Assembly (NCBI GenBank): GCA_020060545.1
Contig: JAGUZX010000134.1
Span: 29,808 to 93,807 of the forward strand
Length of the DNA: 64,000 nucleotides
Source of the DNA: Desulfovibrio sp.
GTDB taxonomy: Bacteria > Bacillota > Dethiobacteria > DTU022
Reading direction: 5' to 3'
Shown here: positions 60,289-64,000 of the stretch, piece by piece
Numbering within the stretch: the stretch's first letter is position 1
Layout: every line of letters begins with the position of its first letter
Made by a program: the position numbers and the translations under genes
The notes under the pieces: model-generated
Told to the model about the DNA's origin: nothing
Seen by the model: the letters and a program-made list of their open reading frames with translations, nothing else
Database searches by the model: none

Positions 60289-61962
60289 TCAAAACAGCGG
60301 CTGCTCCCGGTACTCGCCGAAGACCTCTTTCAGGGCGGCGACGATCTCCCCCTCGGTGGCATAGGCCTTGACCGCCTCCAGGATATACGGGATCACATTT
60401 TCAGTTCCGGCGGCGGCCGACTTCAGCCGCTGCAGGCAATTGCCGACGGACACCCCGTCGCGCCGGCTTTTTAGCTCCCGCAGCCGCTCGACCTGTTTCC
60501 GCTCCACCGCCGGGTCGATTCGAAGCAGCTCAATGCTCAGCGGTTCACCGGAGGCAAAACGGTTCACCCCGACCGCCACCCGCTCCCCTTTCTCCACCGC
60601 CTGCTGGTAGGCGTAGGCGGCGTCGGCGATCTCCTGCTGGAAGAAACCGCGCTCGATGGCGGCCAGCACCCCGCCCAGCGCCTCGATGCGCCGGAAATAC
60701 TCTTCCGCCGCCACCTCCATTTCGTTGGTCAGCGCTTCGACAAAATAAGACCCGGCCAGCGGGTCAATCGTATTTGCGGCACCGCTTTCAAAAGCCAGGA
60801 TCTGCTGGGTGCGCAGGGCGATCTTCGCCGCTTTCTCCGTGGGCAGCGCCAGCACCTCGTCCATGGAGTTGGTGTGCAGTGACTGCGTCCCGCCCAGGAC
60901 CGCCGCCAGCGCTTCCAGGGTGGTGCGGACAATGTTGTTTTCGGGCTCCTGCGCCGTCAGCGAACAGCCCGCCGTCTGGGTGTGGAAGCGCAGCATCCAG
61001 GAGCGGGGGTCTTTCGCCCCGTAGCGCTCCTTCATCCGCCTGGCCCAGATCCGGCGGGCGGCGCGGTACTTGCAGATCTCCTCGAAAAAATCGAGGTGGG
61101 CGTTGAAAAAGAAAGAAAGCCGCGGCGCGAAATCGTCCACCTCCAGGCCGGCCTTGATCCCCGCCTCGACATAGGCGAAGCCGTCGGCAAGGGTGAAGGC
61201 GAGCTCCTGCACCGCCGTCGAGCCGGCTTCCCGGATGTGGTAGCCGCTGATGCTGACCGTATTCCAGCGGGGGACGAAGCGGGAGGCGAAGGCGAAGATA
61301 TCGGTAATCAGCCTGAGCGACGGCTCCGGCGGGAAGATCCACGATTTCTGGGCGATGTATTCCTTCAGGATGTCGTTCTGAATCGTGCCGCCGACCCGGT
61401 CCAGCGGCACCCCCTGCTTCTCGGCGTTGGCCAGGTACATGCACCAGATCACGGCCGCCGGGCCGTTGATTGTCATCGAAGTGGTAATCCGGCCCACGGG
61501 GATCCCGGCGAAGAGCACTTCCATATCCTCCAGCGAATCGACGGCCACGCCGCAGCGTCCCACCTCCCCCAGGGAGCGGCAATGATCGGAATCGTAGCCC
61601 ATGATCGTGGGCATATCGAAGGCCACGCTTAGCCCGGTCTGCCCCTGCTCCAAAAGGTAGCGGTAGCGCCGGTTGGAGTCGAAGGCGTCGCCGAAGCCGG
61701 AGAACTGGCGCATCGTCCAGAGCCGCCCCCGGTACATGTCGCCCTGCACGCCCCTGGTGTAGGGGTATTGCCCGGGAAAACCGAGATCCCGCAGGTAATC
61801 AAGGCCCGCGACATCCAGCGGCGTGCAAAGGTCCTTGACCGGCGCGCCGGAAACGGTTAAAAAAGACCTTCCGGCTTCTACCGTCTCTCCCTGCTCTTTC
61901 CGCCAGCGGTTTTCCGCCTCCTTGATCTTTTTAAGCGAGTCCGGCTTTTCGTATGCGGCCAT
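60289..61962 (-). CDS. icmA: Isobutyryl-CoA mutase-type large subunit
   Basis: MRQFSGFG (Phe at the MCM Tyr89 position) and KEYIAQKS (Gln at the MCM Arg207 position); canonical FHTQTAG and TQSLHTN. Confidence 0.82.
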   Translation of the reverse strand: MAAYEKPDSLKKIKEAENRWRKEQGETVEAGRSFLTVSGAPVKDLCTPLDVAGLDYLRDLGFPGQYPYTRGVQGDMYRGRLWTMRQFSGFGDAFDSNRRYRYLLEQGQTGLSVAFDMPTIMGYDSDHCRSLGEVGRCGVAVDSLEDMEVLFAGIPVGRITTSMTINGPAAVIWCMYLANAEKQGVPLDRVGGTIQNDILKEYIAQKSWIFPPEPSLRLITDIFAFASRFVPRWNTVSISGYHIREAGSTAVQELAFTLADGFAYVEAGIKAGLEVDDFAPRLSFFFNAHLDFFEEICKYRAARRIWARRMKERYGAKDPRSWMLRFHTQTAGCSLTAQEPENNIVRTTLEALAAVLGGTQSLHTNSMDEVLALPTEKAAKIALRTQQILAFESGAANTIDPLAGSYFVEALTNEMEVAAEEYFRRIEALGGVLAAIERGFFQQEIADAAYAYQQAVEKGERVAVGVNRFASGEPLSIELLRIDPAVERKQVERLRELKSRRDGVSVGNCLQRLKSAAAGTENVIPYILEAVKAYATEGEIVAALKEVFGEYREQPLF

Positions 61963-61982
61963 TTTCTTTGCCTCCTTGGAGT

Positions 61983-62927
61983 TTACGGGACGGGAAATTC
62001 GATCTGCGCGAGCAGCTCCCGGGCCGCGCTGTAAGGATCCCGCCGGCGCAGGGCGATCTCCTCCACCAGGCTGCCTAGGGTCATCCGTACTTTGATTTTT
62101 TCCCAAACCATCGTTTTAACCAGGTGCTCCACCTGCTCCGTCAACTCGCGGCTGATCCTCTCTTTGCGGATTTCCAGCAGGCGACCGCTTTTTTCCAGGT
62201 ACTCCCGGTGCTCCTGCACCGACTGCCAGAGCGCCCCGATCCCTTCACCGCGGGTTGAGACGGCAGGAACAACCGGCGGGCGCCAGTCACAGCAACTTTT
62301 CAAATCGAGCATCGCGCTCACTTCGGCGGCGGCCCTTTCCGTACCGGGAAGGTCGGCCTTGTTAATCACGAAAATATCGGCAATCTCCATGATCCCCGCT
62401 TTCAGCGTCTGGACGCTGTCCCCGCCCGCCGGGGTCAGCACGACCACGGTAGTGTCGGCCGTTTTCACGATATCCACTTCCGACTGGCCCACCCCCACCG
62501 TTTCCACCAAAATCAGATCTTTTCCGAAAGCGTCCAGGAGCTGGATGGTCTCACGGGTGGCCCGGGAAAGCCCGCCCAGGCTGCCGCGCGTCCCCATGCT
62601 GCGGATGAACACGCCCCGGTCCAGGGCATGATCCTGCATCCGGATCCGGTCACCCAGGATCGCTCCCCCGGTAAAAGGGCTGTTGGGGTCGACGGCGACT
62701 ACCCCCACCGTCAGGCCCGCCCCGCGCATCTCCTGCAGCAACCGGTCCACCAGGGAGCTCTTGCCCGACCCCGGGGCGCCGGTGATCCCGATCACGTACG
62801 CTTTTCCCGTATGCGGGTAGAGGCTCTGCAGGATCTCATTTTTGAGGGGGTCGCCGTTTTCCACCAGCGTAATCAGGCGGGCCAGGGCGCGGCGGTTGCC
62901 TCCCAGTAACTCCGTCACAAGCTGCAT
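61983..62927 (-). CDS. meaB: Mutase-associated GTPase chaperone MeaB/ArgK
   Basis: [52 protein letters not shown]. Confidence 0.94.
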   Translation of the reverse strand: MQLVTELLGGNRRALARLITLVENGDPLKNEILQSLYPHTGKAYVIGITGAPGSGKSSLVDRLLQEMRGAGLTVGVVAVDPNSPFTGGAILGDRIRMQDHALDRGVFIRSMGTRGSLGGLSRATRETIQLLDAFGKDLILVETVGVGQSEVDIVKTADTTVVVLTPAGGDSVQTLKAGIMEIADIFVINKADLPGTERAAAEVSAMLDLKSCCDWRPPVVPAVSTRGEGIGALWQSVQEHREYLEKSGRLLEIRKERISRELTEQVEHLVKTMVWEKIKVRMTLGSLVEEIALRRRDPYSAARELLAQIEFPVP

Positions 62928-62943
62928 CTGCACACCACCCAAT

Positions 62944-63012
62944 AAGTTCATTTCGGTGCCAGGCACCAGATGAACTTTTCAGTTCATTTAGTGCCAGGCA
63001 CCTAGTTCATTT
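62944..63012. repeat. Tandem REP-like GGTGCCAGGCACC palindromes
   Basis: aagttcatttcggtgccaggcaccagatgaactt..agttcatttagtgccaggcacctagttcattt. Confidence 0.8.
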
Positions 63013-63013
63013 T

Positions 63014-63541
63014 TTAGTATTCGATACCCTTGCGGGCCTGGACGCCGGCGGCGTGATGATGCTTGATCGCGAGGATCTCGCTGACCATGTCGGCCCGCTT
63101 CACCAGCTCCGGGGAAGCGCCCCTTCCGGTGAGCACCAGATCGACCAGGGGCGGCTTTTCGTCCAGCAGCGCAAACAGCTCCGCCTCGGCAATTAAGCCG
63201 AAATCGACGGCGACATTAATTTCGTCCAGTACGACCAGGTCGTAGGCGCCGCCGATCGCCTTGCGCGCTGTTTCCAGCCCTTCTTTGGCCAGGGCAACGT
63301 CAACCGGTGCGGGATTGCGCCGGTCGACGAATTCATCCCGCCCGGCCCGGATCACCGTCAGGTCCGGCAGCCGGGCGGCGGCCAGGAACTCGCCGTATTC
63401 ACGCCCCTTCATGAAATGAATCATGCAGACGCGGTAACCGTGGCCCAAGGCCCGGATCGCCTGCCCTACCGCGGCGGTGGTTTTTCCCTTGCCGTCGCCG
63501 GTATAAACCATCACCAAGCCGCGCCTTTTGTTTGCCTCCAT
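63014..63541 (-). CDS. cobO: Cob(I)alamin adenosyltransferase (CobO/BtuR)
   Basis: YTGDGKGKTTAA, FMKG, LDEIN, LTGR, KGIEY. Confidence 0.92.
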   Translation of the reverse strand: MEANKRRGLVMVYTGDGKGKTTAAVGQAIRALGHGYRVCMIHFMKGREYGEFLAAARLPDLTVIRAGRDEFVDRRNPAPVDVALAKEGLETARKAIGGAYDLVVLDEINVAVDFGLIAEAELFALLDEKPPLVDLVLTGRGASPELVKRADMVSEILAIKHHHAAGVQARKGIEY

Positions 63542-63611
63542 CTTTATGGTATGCCCCTTTCGCCGCCCCGGCAAAGTCGCTTAATTTCGATCTGAAAAAT
63601 AGTGCTTTTCT

Positions 63612-63720
63612 ACCCCCACTCCCGGTCCTCCCCCGCCAGGGAGAGAGAGCGGTTGGGTGCCGGCCAGTACGGCTGTTCGATTATAAATTTCCAACATCCA
63701 GCCTCTTATTTCCAACTTCC
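63612..63720. repeat. Degenerate CCCCC...CTCCCCC...GGGAGAG palindrome followed by a TTCCAAC heptamer run
   Basis: acccccactcccggtcctcccccgccagggagagagag ... ttccaacatccagcctcttatttccaacttcc. Confidence 0.5.
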
Positions 63721-63735
63721 AGGAAGCCCGGCTAA

Positions 63736-64000
63736 TTACTCCTGCAGCAGGTAACGGGAGATGACCAGGCGCTGCACTTCGCTGGTCCCTTCGTAGATCT
63801 GGGTGATCTTGGCGTCGCGCATGAACCGTTCCACGGGATAATCCCTGGTATAGCCGTAACCGCCAAAAATCTGGACCGCGTTGGTGGTAACCGCCATCGC
63901 CGTTTCCGAGGCGAAGAGCTTGGCCATGGCTGACGCCTGGCCGTAGGGAAATCCCCGGCTTTCGAGGAAAGCGGCCTGGTAGGTCAGCAGGCGGGCCGCC
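63736..64000 (-). CDS. Acyl-CoA (butyryl-CoA-like) dehydrogenase, 3' part
   Basis: [41 protein letters not shown]. Confidence 0.92.
   Translation of the reverse strand, partial: AARLLTYQAAFLESRGFPYGQASAMAKLFASETAMAVTTNAVQIFGGYGYTRDYPVERFMRDAKITQIYEGTSEVQRLVISRYLLQE

Noticed and set aside
60289-61962. Methylmalonyl-CoA mutase of a propionate pathway
   Set aside because: Phe and Gln replace the Tyr and Arg needed to bind the carboxylate, and no epimerase gene is adjacent.
62944-63012. Possible mini CRISPR array from repeated agttcattt..gtgccaggcacc units
   Set aside because: No unique spacers of regular length and no cas genes; it fits a REP-like palindrome family.

Overview
Chromosomal segment of an anaerobic, moderately GC-rich Firmicute (Clostridia/Dethiobacteria-like; inferred from gene order, sigmaA/sigmaH/sigma54 promoters and ytrHI remnants). 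Almost all genes are on the minus strand. (1) 1-14.3 kb: a catabolic cluster with a three-subunit XDH-family Mo hydroxylase, a two-subunit ATP-dependent hydantoinase/oxoprolinase, a B12 acyl-CoA mutase with a remodelled active site, an acyl-CoA dehydrogenase, a class III CoA-transferase and a crotonase. This matches the gene set of anaerobic indole-3-acetate (iaa) degradation, but adds a divergent stand-alone carboxyltransferase. (2) 14.3-23.2 kb: core rpsB-tsf-pyrH-frr-uppS-cdsA-dxr-rseP-ispG cluster. (3) 23.3-24.2 kb: a RAYT/IS200-like tyrosine transposase between perfect 30-bp inverted repeats. (4) A rearranged PlsA/PlsR(Ger)-like activase pair, then dnaE-pfkA-pyk, deletion-decayed ytrH/ytrI, trmL, Lon-like protease and nth. 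(5) Fumarase, malic enzyme and an anchor-less fumarate reductase-like pair. (6) A sigma54-controlled Leu/Val dehydrogenase and 2-oxoacid oxidoreductase operon with a GltD-like module inside the delta subunit and a candidate downstream enhancer. (7) ligA and an isobutyryl-CoA mutase/meaB/cobO cluster containing a deleted DJ-1/PfpI relic. Several families of small intergenic repeats are present. I recognised no rRNA, tRNA or CRISPR array. All family calls rest on motif recognition, not database searches.
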